64,000 nt of DNA, taken from contig NC_042999.1 in the NCBI RefSeq assembly GCF_006345805.1, forward strand, positions 84,072,001 through 84,136,000, read 5' to 3'. Source of the stretch: Octopus sinensis (Eukaryota). Positions 1-12,066 of this stretch are shown piece by piece. The notes under the pieces were generated by a model. That model saw only the letters and a program-made list of their open reading frames with translations. It searched no databases and had not been told where the DNA came from. The first letter of the stretch is position 1; every line of letters begins with the position of its first letter. The translations under genes and the position numbers were made by a program.

Positions 1-1
1 A

Positions 2-57
<56 letters not shown>

Positions 58-451
58 GGGGGGAGAGAGAAAGAGAGAATACTCATTTTTAGTGGTGATA
101 AACATTACCTGTCAGGCTAGATACGCTTTCTTCTGTCTCATAGATATATTCTTCGCGAGTTTGTATGCTCGTCGTAAGATCAATGACTGTGTGTCACTTA
201 TTTTCCATATATTGCAGACCGGAGTGAACTGCTGCTATGTTTAGCAGACGGGTATCTGTTATCGAGGATGACCATAATAAAGTCGAAACCGCGCAGTCTG
301 GTGATCTCATGGCTGGAATAGTACGAATTACTTCCCCGCTTGCAAAATATATTGAGTCATATAGACTCATAATAGCCGGTTTCCCGGTTTCTGTGGCGCA
401 TATATTCCCGACTGGGACGGGACGCCGGTCCCTTGAACGATTACTCATTGT

Positions 452-800
452 TGGAGGCTGAGTAGACTGGTGCAACGTGAGGTGAAGTGTTTTGCTCAAG
501 AATACAATGTGTCACCCTGTCCAGGAATCGAAATTACAATCCTTCGGCCATGAGTCCAAAGCCCTAACCACCAAGCTACGCGTCATCCGGTCCAGGAATA
601 TCCTAATCCTAATCCTACGTTCATGAGTCCAAACCCCTAAACACTAAGCCACGTGACGTCCGGCCCAGGTATCAAAATCCCAATCTCACAGTCATAAGGC
701 CAAACCCCTAACCACTAAGCCACGCGTCACTCGGTTCAGGACTCGACATCACAATCTTACGGTCATGAGCCCAACACCCTAACCACTAAGCCACGCTTCT
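452..800 (-). mobile_element. tRNA-derived SINE fragment with four tandem copies of the tRNA-like head
   Basis: The minus strand reads GCGTGGCTTAGTGGTTAGGG...GTCGAGTCCTG (A/B-box-like). Related units start at 521, 592, 665 and 736 (71-73 bp period). The body at 452-520 matches the SINE bodies at 29371-29720 and 41487-41835. Confidence 0.75.
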
Positions 801-2172
801 CCACACTCTAGGATATACAACACCACAATGTTATACACAATAAAGCACATACATCTGTTACTACTACAATAAATTGATCATGGGACTTTAACGGTGTAGA
901 ATATGATTAGTCATTCATCCAACCATCACTAATTAATTTTTATAAAGAAATTACAGTCAGTTGTAACGGTGTTAATTAATACTACTTACTATACCTATCT
1001 AAAATGCCACCACTCACTTCTTCAAGAAGTTAACAGGCAGATAGGTCTGACTTTCACAGAAACATGTATAGACTGCACATTTTTATCGGCTCCACGGACA
1101 GGAACAACCCGGCCAAGGGTGTTATTCATGCGAGACTGTCAATTTTCAAGTAAAAGATTTATATATACCCACCCTATCCAGCGTATTCTGTTCTTTACCG
1201 AAAGATGTCTGCATTTTGTAAAATATATAATTGATATTCATTATTATTACTAAATTATTGCACGAGCACACACGCGCACACACAAACACACGCACGTGCA
1301 CACTCACACAATCATATATTTGTCTGTTTGGCTACGTTGCATTGCATGTCCCTCTAAAATTGATGAGTTGCTTTTATCCATCCCAATGTCTAAAACATCC
1401 TATGCTTTTCACTGAACATCACGTAAACATGCATACGCACGTACACATATTTCATAACAATGGGCTCTAAGAGCAAGGGATGAATCTGCCAGTCAGCGAG
1501 ATATATTGAACTTTCCAATATCCGAATTATACATAAGCAGATTAGCTCTGTTATGATTAGGACTCACACAAGTGGAAAAACATCGACGTGCATACAAATA
1601 TGTAAATCGTCAGCGAGACTGCCGCGTAGAAAAATAATCATATGTATTTTTGCGATAGCTTACATGTATGTGTATGCATTAATGCTTGTATATGACGTAC
1701 ATACAGCTTCTAGATCTATTTGCCTGTCTGACTCCAGTGTGTTTATCTGTCTGTCTATATATATATATGCATATATGTATGTATATGTATGTATATGTAT
1801 GTATGTATGTATGTATGCATGTATGTATGTATGTATATATATAAGTATATATACATATATACATATATATATATATATCTACATACATATACAGTATATA
1901 TATACACGCATACACACGCGGGCGCCCGCGCACACACACGCACAAACACACACACACACACACATATGTATATACATATATGTGTGTGTGTATGTGTGTG
2001 TGTGTGCACCAGCCTGCTTACATTCATTTTGCAAGAATATCCAATAATCAAGCATGTAACCATATGTCCAAACGCTGCCCGAAATGTAACATGTAAGTGG
2101 TGAGTCATTTAATCTTCCAATTTCCACTAATACATAAACACACACACTTATACACACACATACATACACACA

Positions 2173-2228
<56 letters not shown>

Positions 2229-3184
2229 ATGCGCATATATCTATATGTTGCATATAGATAAATAGATAATATATATAATATATTCACATACGTATAATAC
2301 ATGTGTCTCTTTAGTATGCAATTTGATTGGTAGAGAATAATCACGTAATTAGGTTAACAAAATTTTTGTTTATTTCCCGTTATAGCTTTGCGTTAATGTC
2401 ATGTCTTTGCGCCGGAAGTTAAGGCTGCAATGGTTGACTGGACGTGTCTAGTGATATCCCAAACAATCGCCTCTCTAATCTGTAAAGCTGTAAAGCGGAC
2501 AAGAATTGTGTGTATGTAGTTATTAAACTTTGTTAGATCTCAGTTAATATCGTGGGCTAGTTCTTGTGTGGCTTGTTGAGGTCATGTGGTCATGGCTTGT
2601 TTGTTTCTGTAAATATATTTTCTTTGATTATTCGTGTTTGATGTGGTATTGTTTGGATGGCTATGAAGTGGGAAAACTTGGTATTTTTGGAACTTATTTG
2701 TCATACTTAAATCTAGGCAGGAAAAGTAATGTTACCTATTTAAATTCAAAATATCACGTGTGTTTGCGTGGGAATAGTTGTTGGTGGTCAAAAACACCAA
2801 ACGCTGATGGAATTCGAACTGAAACCTTACGATCATGAGACGGATGTACTAGCTGCTACGCTGTGCATTTTATGGAAGTGGTTTAACGGACCCACGTCAT
2901 CCCTTACAGGACTTCGTATGCATTTCAAAGTATGTTTCAGAAGTGTACTATAGAATAGGTGAAGGGGTGTATTTCACGCTACGGATATACATAGGCCCCA
3001 CGTTTTTTCTATTTCTTTTAAGTTTGAAAATCGGAGAAGTCAGTGAAACCATTAAGCCTTTAAAAATAAACTACGTAAGATTCCCAGTACTTTTTTATAT
3101 ATGATTACAAAAAACGCATATATATACATACATATATACATATATACGCAGGTATACATATATATATACATATATGTATACTTA

Positions 3185-3228
<44 letters not shown>

Positions 3229-3257
3229 TGTATACTTATATATGTGTATATATATAT

Positions 3258-3312
<55 letters not shown>

Positions 3313-3410
3313 TATATAAATAATAATATATATATATAATAATATATATAATATATAGTATATTATATATATATATTATATATATATATAATATTATTAT
3401 ATATAGAAGG

Positions 3411-3461
3411 AGCTTCTACAGGACTGGAACTGTTTCATTCAAGAGAAATCTTCAGGAAGCT
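3411..3461 (-). ncRNA. Type I hammerhead ribozyme (family B)
   Basis: Minus strand: AGCTTC-CTGAAGA-t-TTC-tctt-GAA-t-GAA-ACAG-ttccagtc-CTGT-A-GAAGCT. Stem I 6 bp, stem III 4 bp, GUA cleavage triplet. Confidence 0.7.
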
Positions 3462-4279
3462 AGTTAACAAGAATTGTATTGGCATTTATACATTTAGGCA
3501 GGTTTAAAGGGGGTGGTGGGGGACTTTTTGGGGTAGGCATAGCGCAAAATATCATACTTGGGGGAGGGTCAAGGAGTCAGTGGTAAATTAGATAAAAGAT
3601 AATAAAAAAATAATAAAAATATTAAAAAATAAATAAAAAATATATATAAAAAAGAATAGAGTTTTAGGTAAATAAGGAGATTCTGACTTATACCTATACA
3701 CATATGTATACATATATACACACACTACATACATATATACATACACACATACATATACACACACACATATACAATATATACACATACACATACATATACA
3801 TATCTACACATACACATATATATATATATAATATAACATACACTCACTCACATGCATACACGTATCACACATGTATATAAACACAAACGACCACACATAC
3901 ATATACACACAGAAAATATATATACATACACACATACACACATGCACACACAGCACACTAGTCCCTATATACACATATATACACATACACACATATATAT
4001 ATACATACACATATACATATACACATGTATATGTATGTATACATATGTGTATAGGTATAAGTGTGAGAATCTCCTTATTTACCTAAAACTCTATCTTTTT
4101 TATATATATTTTTTATTTTTTATATATTTCTTATTTATTCTTTTATCTAATTTACCACTGACTCCTTGACCACTCCCCCCAAGTATGATATTTTGCGCTA
4201 TGCCTACCCCCAAAAGTCCCCCACCACCACCCCTTTAAACTGCCAAAATGTATAAATGCCAATACAATTCTTGTTAACT

Positions 4280-4329
4280 AGCTTCCTGAAGATTTCCTGG
4301 AATGAAACAGTTCTAGTCCTGTAGAAGCT
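4280..4329 (+). ncRNA. Type I hammerhead ribozyme (family B)
   Basis: AGCTTC-CTGAAGA-tttcctggaat-GAA-ACAG-ttctagtc-CTGT-A-GAAGCT. GUA at 4321-4323. Confidence 0.7.
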
Positions 4330-4428
4330 CCTTCTATATAATAAATTAATTTTACTCTGCTATGTATTGAGTACCTTATTTACTGTGGTTAACCCCGAAT
4401 CAACCCTGGACCTACATATATATATATG

Positions 4429-4469
<41 letters not shown>

Positions 4470-4470
4470 T

Positions 4471-4835
4471 CTCTTTTACTCTTTTACTTGTTTCAGTCAT
4501 TTGACTACGGCGGCCTGCTGGAGCACACCGCCTTTGTAAGCTCAGTACTTAGTCCTATCGGTCTCTTTTGCCGAACCGCTAAGTGACGGGGACGTAAACA
4601 CACCAGCATCGGTTGTCAAGCAATGCTAGGGGGACAAACACAAACACACACACATACATATATATACATATATACATATATACGACAGACTTCTTTCAGT
4701 TTCCGTCTACCAAATCCACTCACAAGGCATTGGTTGGCCCGGGGCTATAGCAGAAGACACTTGCCCAGTGGGACTGAACTCGGAACCATGTGTTTGGTTA
4801 GCAAGCTACTTACCACACAGCCACTCCTGCGCCTA
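4471..4835 (-). mobile_element. tRNA-derived SINE (GGCGCAGGAGTGGCTGTGTGG family)
   Basis: Minus-strand head TAGGCGCAGGAGTGGCTGTGTGGTAAG...GAGTTCAGTCCC, an internal CA/TA microsatellite and an (AGTAAAAG)n tail. Homologous copies at 29951 and 46009. Confidence 0.85.
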
Positions 4836-5037
4836 TATATATATAAGTAGTTGAATTAATTATCCTAGTAGGGATAATTCGGTTAACCGATATCCGGGTA
4901 GCAAATTCACGTCAGAAAACACGGTTGAAGCTACATGCCAAGGGCAGAAATCACGTGCTTTCGTATGTAAATTTGTGTATTTTTTTTATATAAATAAATG
5001 AAAGAATGGAGTCGAACGACGATTTAACAAAATTCCT

Positions 5038-5126
5038 TTATTCTCGACATATGTTTCGAAGACTGCATATTCTTAATTCCGAAGGAATAAAGGGTGCATT
5101 ATGCCGCCTTCTCATCAGGAAAGACA
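5038..5126 (-). ncRNA. Type I hammerhead ribozyme (family A, inverted pLTR copy)
   Basis: Minus strand: CTGATGA (5118-5112), GAAG, about 46 nt, CTTC, GAAAC-atat-GTC. Cleavage triplet GUC at 5048-5046. Confidence 0.75.
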
Positions 5127-5344
5127 AGGAACTTATGTTAGCATCATAACGAACAAAAACTTTTAGATGACTGCCCATACGGAGACCATAGTGATAATGA
5201 GTGTTTCTTTAAAATATTCCGTTATAATTGGTTGGCTGGAAAAGATTCTAGAAAGTTCAAAAGTTCAAAAATGTTTGGAAGGGGAAAGTTCTAAGAATAG
5301 GAAGGTGACAGAGTGTAAGTCTATGTATAGGGATTTTTTCTTCC

Positions 5345-5680
5345 GGTACCGGTGTCTTCTTCTATATTGGGGCGACTACTTCTAAATTATCCCAGAGGAT
5401 TTCCAATCATTATTCAACTTTCCGAGATAAGAGAAAACAACAAAGTACAGGATTAAGTAAATTAGTTTGGCGTCTTAAGGACAGCAATATAACTTTCAAG
5501 CTGGAAGGGTCCATATTGTCTGTATCCTTTCCTTTTGATAAGGGCAGAAAATATTGTGGCGTCTGTAATTCCGAACTTTTCCATATACTTTTCGCCAAAT
5601 TCCCTTTGGTAAACACAATGGTAGAAAAATCCTATAGGTGCATGCACTGGCAGAAACACACCTTCCACTCATATGAATGA
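5345..5680 (+). pseudogene. PLE GIY-YIG endonuclease C-terminal fragment (not in the ORF track)
   Basis: The frame at 5360 reads FYIGATTSKLSQRISNHYSTFRDKRKQQSTGLSKLVWRLKDSNITFKLEGSILSVSFPFDKGRKYCGVCNSELFHILFAKFPLVNTMVEKSYRCMHWQKHTFHSYE*. It aligns directly with the EN domain of ORF 24088-25341. Confidence 0.9.
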
Positions 5681-6255
5681 TGATTAATATAGGTAACCTC
5701 CTTGAATTTAATAATTTGGTTCCACTTCTACAACACCACCATAGACAAATGTTTTTATACTCCGTTACTTGAAGGACTACTACCAAATTCGTTGGGGTAT
5801 GTTTTACCTTTGTCTCTCTACCTCTCACCCCCTCTCTCTCTCCCTCTCTCTATCATAAGCACAATCAAACACACAGACACAAACCTGTCACTTCACCACT
5901 ATTGGTATTTGGCATTTATCCCCACACACACACAATCGCGCGCACACATACACGCACATAGACACGAATGTAGTTATATACATACACACACATAGGCACT
6001 CAATCTCATTAGCAAAAGCAAACAACAACGAATCCCCATACATACGACTTACACCCTGTCACCTTCCTATTCTTAGAACTTTCCCCTTCCAAACATTTTT
6101 GAACTTTTGAACTTTCTAGAATCTTTTCCATCCAACCAATTTTGACGTCACCGCTTATAACGGAATATTTTAAAGGAACACTCATTATCACTATGGACTC
6201 CGTGTGGGCAGTCATCTAAACGTTTTTGTTCGTCATGATGCTAACATAAGTTCAT

Positions 6256-6347
6256 TGTCTTTCCTGATGAGAAGGCGGCATAATGCACCCTTTATTCCTT
6301 CGGAATTAAGAATGTGCAGTCTTCGAAACATATGTCGAGAATAAAGG
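6256..6347 (+). ncRNA. Type I hammerhead ribozyme (family A)
   Basis: CTGATGA at 6264-6270, stem II GAAG/CTTC, GAAA at 6325-6328, palindromic minimal stem III AC-atat-GT, GUC at 6334-6336. Stem I is only about 4 bp. Confidence 0.75.
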
Positions 6348-6385
6348 AATTTTGTTAAATCGTCGTTCGACTCCATTCTTTCATT

Positions 6386-6463
<78 letters not shown>

Positions 6464-6464
6464 A

Positions 6465-6930
6465 ATGATTCACATGCGCAAAGCGTTCGAAAGCGGTCGG
6501 AAAAGATTGCAATCTGATGGCACCGCTGAGGCAGCACTTCCCATTTTAGTTCTTGAATCGCGACTTTTGTCACATAGGCGATGTAAACCTTGCCCATTCA
6601 GTGAATATAGTACACTACAGTTTATTTTCTTTATTTTTTTAATCACAATCCATCTGCTCCGGGAATTCTCTGGTCGTTTGATGTGGATTTTCGTGAAGAA
6701 ATTCATCTAATCACTCTTCATCGAACTAAATTTGTCGACCGTTCAGTGATCCGTCTTTGATGTCAAAGTCCTCATTTTTAACCCGCGAAAACCAACAGCC
6801 GGCGGTACTTTAAGGCATTGCAACTTCGGCATACACAACACAAGCCTCACGAACAGCTTCGGCGGCCTTAACCCCACGATTAAATAAAATATGTAAATGG
6901 TGTCGAAATTTTGTTCGTTTAACATTAATT
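6465..6930 (-). mobile_element. Internally deleted, decayed mariner transposase
   Basis: Minus strand: FRHHLHILFNRGVKAAEAVREACVVYAEVAMP*STAGCWFSRVKNEDFDIKD (N-terminal HTH), joined to TKVAIQELKWEVLP and PSDCNLFRPLSNALR (catalytic-domain end). Contains stops and frameshifts. Confidence 0.8.
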
Positions 6931-7215
6931 TTAATGATGCGATAATATACGAAAATCAATAAAATTACAAAATGAAAACACCCAATCTTGTAGAGAAAGC
7001 AATTCTCTTTTAAATAACAGAGAACATTTTGCCAGTGCTGTTTATTTCTGTTTGCATTTTTAAACTTGAAAAAAAAAACCGCTCATGAATTATTCCTCAA
7101 CTCAAAACATACGCACACATACACACAAACATTCACATATATATATACATATACATATATATATACGCACGCACACACACACACACACACACACATACAC
7201 ACACATACATATATA

Positions 7216-7258
<43 letters not shown>

Positions 7259-7261
<3 letters not shown>

Positions 7262-7418
7262 CGGATTCTTTAAGTTTCTGTCTACCAAATCCACTCACAA
7301 GGATTTAATTGGTTCTAGGTTATAATAGAAGACACTTGCGCAAGACGCTACGCAGTGGGGCTGAACCTGGAAATATGTGTTTGGGAAGCAATCTTCTCAG
7401 CACGCAGCCATGCCTTCG

Positions 7419-7422
<4 letters not shown>
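7259..7422 (-). mobile_element. SINE 5' fragment (same family as 4471-4835)
   Basis: TCTACCAAATCCACTCACAAGG...AGAAGACACTTGC...CAGCCATGCCTTCGCCTA. Confidence 0.75.
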
Positions 7423-7454
<32 letters not shown>

Positions 7455-9006
7455 CCCCAGTAAGTATAAATGTAGAAACAGATATGTCTGTTGTATTGGA
7501 GGAAGTGTATCGAAAGATTTACACATTTCTTTAGAATAAACATAAGCCGTTATTTTTCGCCAGATTAATTATATTTCTAATCGAAACAATACTGCAGAGA
7601 AAATAATCATATATAAAAATGATTCCAACAACAACAACAGCAAACCAGCATTTATATAGTGTGCTTTGTGTAATTAATTTATCTTTAATATTTATAATTA
7701 CTTTTCCATGTTTTTTTTTTATTTCTTAATGAAGGATAGTTGTGAGAACGTTATTATTTATCGAGAACATATGTTTTGAATATAAGGACAATAAATGAAA
7801 ATATATCTATTTTTTAGAACATGATATATCAAAACAGATTTGCAGTTTATAAAATTGCGGATATAATCCTCAAGAGCATTATCAATTACAGACATCGTAG
7901 TAGTAGTAGTAATACAGTAATAGTAGAAGTAATAATATGCACTTAACTTACGTAGGGTTTGAAGCCAAACATTGTTTCATATTTATTCATTAGTGATATG
8001 TTAGGCAGTTGAATATCATATCTTCTAATGAACTATTTCAAGAAAATAAAAGTTCTAAAATTTATTAAGTGTACAAAAATAATTTAAAATGAAAATCACC
8101 TAATAATATAGCGAAAGACAAAGCATCAATAAAAATACCAAAGGAATTCATAACAAAAACTAATTTTTAAATGGCAATGTTAATTTAAAGTTTTGACTGT
8201 GTGGAAATAAACAGTGATATTAATTTTAAAAGGCTTATACTGAAGAAGATACAAGGTTGATAAAAGGCTGAGAATCTTAAATGAATCTGTTAGTGGATTT
8301 CGTTTCACGGTTGTGGCTATTTCGTCTTATGAAAGAGAATAAATCTTTTAGTAATGTTGAAATTTCAGAAATTCTAGAATATTAGATAAAAACAGACTGA
8401 CTAGAAGTGGAAAAATATTACAGTTTTAGAAACAAAGGGAGTCACTGAAATGGGAAAATGTAGGAGAGAGAGAGTGGGGGGGAGAATGATTTCAAAGCTT
8501 TTATTAAAGTGAAACCTTGAGACAATTATATTTTTCCTCTACGAAATTTCAATCTGCAATCGTCAAAGATATCTTTGTTATTCATTTCTTTGGATGTTGC
8601 CTTCGTCAAGATTTCTGTCTTATGACATAAGCAAATTCAAAGAAATTTGGAGAAAGTTGCAGGATGTGAGATCAAAATGGAAAATATAACGCAAAACAAC
8701 TGAACATTTGGTAAACCTAAAGCCGGTGATAACAAGATATGAATATAAGAAGTATTTCAGATGAAATTGAAAATGAAATTTAAAATTAAAACATAAAATC
8801 TACTTAAGAAGCAATAACAATAACGACAAAACCAACATTAGCTGCAGGAAACGTAACGAAATCAACGAAACCAACAAGTATAAGATATGCAACCTAGAAT
8901 AAATATAGGTACATGCTCCTCTGCACGACAAAAACGTACATTTCCGAACCATATTGTTACAGGATAAGTCTCCTAACGTGGGTTGGCGTATTAACTTTAG
9001 TCTTTA

Positions 9007-9700
9007 TACGAAGTCTGTCTGAAAAGTAACGGGACTGATGTCACAAGCAATTAATTTCATTTTCAAGCCACAATTCTCGTGGTTTCATCTTCAAAGTAAT
9101 CCCCCTCAAGCCTAATGCATTTTTCCATCCTTCTCTACCACACTTCTATGCACAGCAGGAAGGATTCATCTGGGATGCCCCTCAGCTCCGTCGTTACGAT
9201 CCTCTTGATTTCCTTTCCCTTGGTGATCCCTTTGACATTGGGAAAAGGAAAAAGTCAATACGGAGGTTGTTCCAATAAGGTGATGTTCTTCTCGGCTAGG
9301 AACAGTCAGATGCTCAGGACATTGTGAGTAGGTGCATTTTCGTGGTAAAGCAGCCACGATTCGTCTTGCCACAACTCTCGTTTATTCTCGCACAGTGAGC
9401 AAAGCAAACGCCACATGACCTCTTTGTTGATTTGCTGATTGACTGCTTGACATTAAACTCAGTCCTTCTTGTTGAAGGCTTCTGGAGCCATCTTCCGCCT
9501 CCTCACACCCCTATTTGAACCACTTCTGCCACTCAAAGACACGCGTGCGTGACATGGTGTTATCTCCATACACTTACTGAAGCATTTCAAGTGTTTGTGA
9601 CTGAGGTGTCCCCAACGGATCAAACATTTTAGGTTTAATCGTTGCTCGGTGTTCACTGTTAGTTCCTCCGTGCTCATAACTGAACGACCTGAAAAAGAGG
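9007..9700 (-). mobile_element. Internally deleted mariner with one terminal inverted repeat
   Basis: Minus-strand N-terminus EQRLNLK..., VYGDNTMSRTRVFEW; C-terminus WLLYHENAPTHN...EQPPY...MEKCIRLEGDYFE. TIR-like TACGAAGTCTGTCTGAAAAGTAACGGGACTG at 9007-9037. The other TIR was not found. Confidence 0.85.
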
Positions 9701-10587
9701 AGTTCTAAAAAAAAAAACATATTAAAAAAATATACAATGTTTGCAGAAAGCAAAGATTACGTTTATATACTCCAAACATATCATGTTAGATGATAACACA
9801 ATCCGCTTATACCAATTTGGCCTACTCAAATTACAGCACACTCAATCCTGTTACATTTCAGACAGATCTCACATAGACGAAAATTGATGGGAGACCGTCG
9901 TAGACACACATACGTACACGAGCTTACACTTATGAATGCATACATGCATAGACAATCACATGTAGGTTGGTATATGTATATATATAATGTGTGTGTGTGT
10001 ACATATATATGTAATATTTACACTTGTATATGCTTATATCTTATACGTAAATGGCAATTTTTGTCTGTCTGCTCTGTCTATCTGTCTCGCTTTTACCATC
10101 TTGTTGCCTACACCAGTAAACTAATCTTGACGAAACTTTGCATACATGTTAAACTAACATCCATTTGAATTGTAGGCTAACTGGATTTCAATAAACATAT
10201 ATAAAGGGCCCCCTAGGCGGTGCTGTATGACATGTTTACAAACCAATAACACATCTACTGATATGAATTAAATAAGGCTTCCCTAAGGCTCAGCCATGCA
10301 CTCCTTCATGTAAACAGCGTGCGACCTTTTCCAAATTCTGCATGCAGCAGTCGTACATCTCGCTAAGGTCACATTAAGGGCACGGATTCGAAGATAGAAC
10401 ATGGGACCATGTAATGACCAATGACGCGGAAGTTGGTCCACCATGAGATTAATTTGATGGATTCAATCCAAATAACCATAACATCTTGATATCGGAATGC
10501 TAGATACGGCCACGCTACGATAAGCTACGACACGCGACAACGCCAGCTACAATACGCGGATTATTTGTCAATGTATTTGTAAATATA

Positions 10588-11095
10588 TCTATTTATCTAA
10601 TTTATTTTACTCAGATGGATATTTGTTTGTTAAAATAATATAGGGACATTACTTATTCACCCACTAATCGTTTGATAGTTTGTAATACTTATTTTTAGCA
10701 ATAAACTATTACTAGAAACGATTGATTGGGCATAAGGACGGGAACTAAACAGGAAATGAGATTCGCTTTCCCAGTATTACCGGTCAACTGATTTATTTTA
10801 CTCAGATGCATATTCGTTTATTGAAATAATATAGGAACATTCCTTATTCACCCACTAATTATATTAATAGTTTGTAATAATAAACTATTACCATAAAGGT
10901 TAATAAAATATTCAATTGCTTAATTACACTTAACTGATCCTAAAATTTATATATTGACATAGGATTGGGGATAGGAATGGGAGCAGAACCAAAACGGGAA
11001 CTGAACAGGAAAAGGAATAGGGCATCAAACAGTATTGGAAACGGGAACTTGAAATAACTCCCTATTTTCCGGGTATTACCGGATAATCCAGCTAG
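10588..11095 (+). mobile_element. Putative non-autonomous Helitron with internal duplication
   Basis: Starts A|TC and ends CTAG|T (11092-11096), with a TCCGG-gtatta-CCGGA hairpin at 11068-11083. About 10600-10720 is duplicated at about 10790-10900. Confidence 0.5.
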
Positions 11096-11787
11096 TATAT
11101 GTGTGTGTTAATGTGTGTCTGTATCTGTATACATTACATTTCCAATATAGGTAGGATCAACAAAAGATGTACTCCACTCAGTGAGAGATAAATATCTACA
11201 TGTGGGCTTATTACTGAAATCAGGTTATGCGTATCGGATATATAGCATATTCTTGTCAGGTCCAAGGTTCTAGATCCCATATTTTTTAGCAATTGTAAGC
11301 ATATGGATAAACCTCTTTCGCCAAATCGAAGAACAAAACCCGATTCAGATCGAAAGCTATCTCACAGATTTTGGCCTCCTTTCTCTTATACTATTCCACA
11401 CCCGCCCGATAGTTTTATTACGTTTTCTACATAGAGGAAGATCTTAGTTTCCTTGCTTTTCTCCATTATGACATGAAATGTAAGATTTTTTCTACCTTAT
11501 GATTGAGGCTTAATTTATCCAACGTCTACTTGCTTCCTTTATGGCCTGAATATTTTGGTGAACTACATCTGCCAAAATTATGATATATATTCGAGCCCCC
11601 AGAAACAGCTGTTGGACCAATAACACCGTACTTCCCAACCCTCTTTAATTTTCTGTCATTTGTACTCTGTGCAAGTTTGATCTATTAATATATAAATATC
11701 AATATATTCAAACTTAAAAACTGGTTGTCAAAAATATTCAGTCTTTACTTTCTTTCAGTTTGCATGTATATATACATACATTTATAT

Positions 11788-11844
<57 letters not shown>

Positions 11845-11882
11845 GCATATATAATACATACAAATATACATACATGCATATA

Positions 11883-11932
<50 letters not shown>

Positions 11933-12015
11933 GGTCCCGGGTTGATTCGGGGTTAACCACAGTAAATAAGGTACTCAATACATAGCAGAGTAAAATTAAT
12001 TTATTATATAGAAGG

Positions 12016-12066
12016 AGCTTCTACAGGACTAGAACTGTTTCATTCAAGAGAAATCTTCAGGAAGCT
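12016..12066 (-). ncRNA. Type I hammerhead ribozyme (family B)
   Basis: Exact reverse complement of 12776-12826. Confidence 0.7.

Larger units (their letters stand above)
3398..4415 (+). mobile_element. Non-coding fold-back PLE derivative (family B): inverted pseudo-LTR, microsatellite spacer, pseudo-LTR
   Basis: 3400-3720 is the reverse complement of about 4030-4345. The spacer is CA/TA microsatellite, each arm has a hammerhead core, and both flanks are (TA)n. Same family as 11930-12845. No ORF. Confidence 0.75.
4845..6388 (+). mobile_element. 5'-truncated Penelope-like element (family A) with inverted pseudo-LTR
   Basis: 4994-5335 is the reverse complement of 6031-6388, with the GIY-YIG fragment between them. 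4845-4994 is homologous to the tail of the large PLE at 23220-23372 (CAACCGTG...TTTGCTACC...TATCGGT). Ends in (TA)n. Confidence 0.85.

Noticed and set aside
263-298. CGAGGATGAC-cataataaa-GTCGAAACCGCG hammerhead-like string
   Set aside because: The CUGA is broken and no stem I or cleavage triplet is supported. At most a decayed core.
1045-1073. GTCTGA...GAAACATGTATAGAC
   Set aside because: The 3' half looks like a core but NGA and stem II are missing.
1553-2344. Many overlapping ORFs of YI/CV/HT repeats, here and at 15.8-16.3, 29.7-30.1, 33.0-36.8, 47.9-48.3 and 49.9-50.3 kb
   Set aside because: These are translations of TA/CA/TACA microsatellites, which lack stops. No coding signal.
4994-6388. 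All six transitions between the two arms have G/C in the right arm and A/T in the left; considered as a fossil RNA-editing signature
   Set aside because: Too few sites, and they include both A/G and T/C, so they are not strand-diagnostic.
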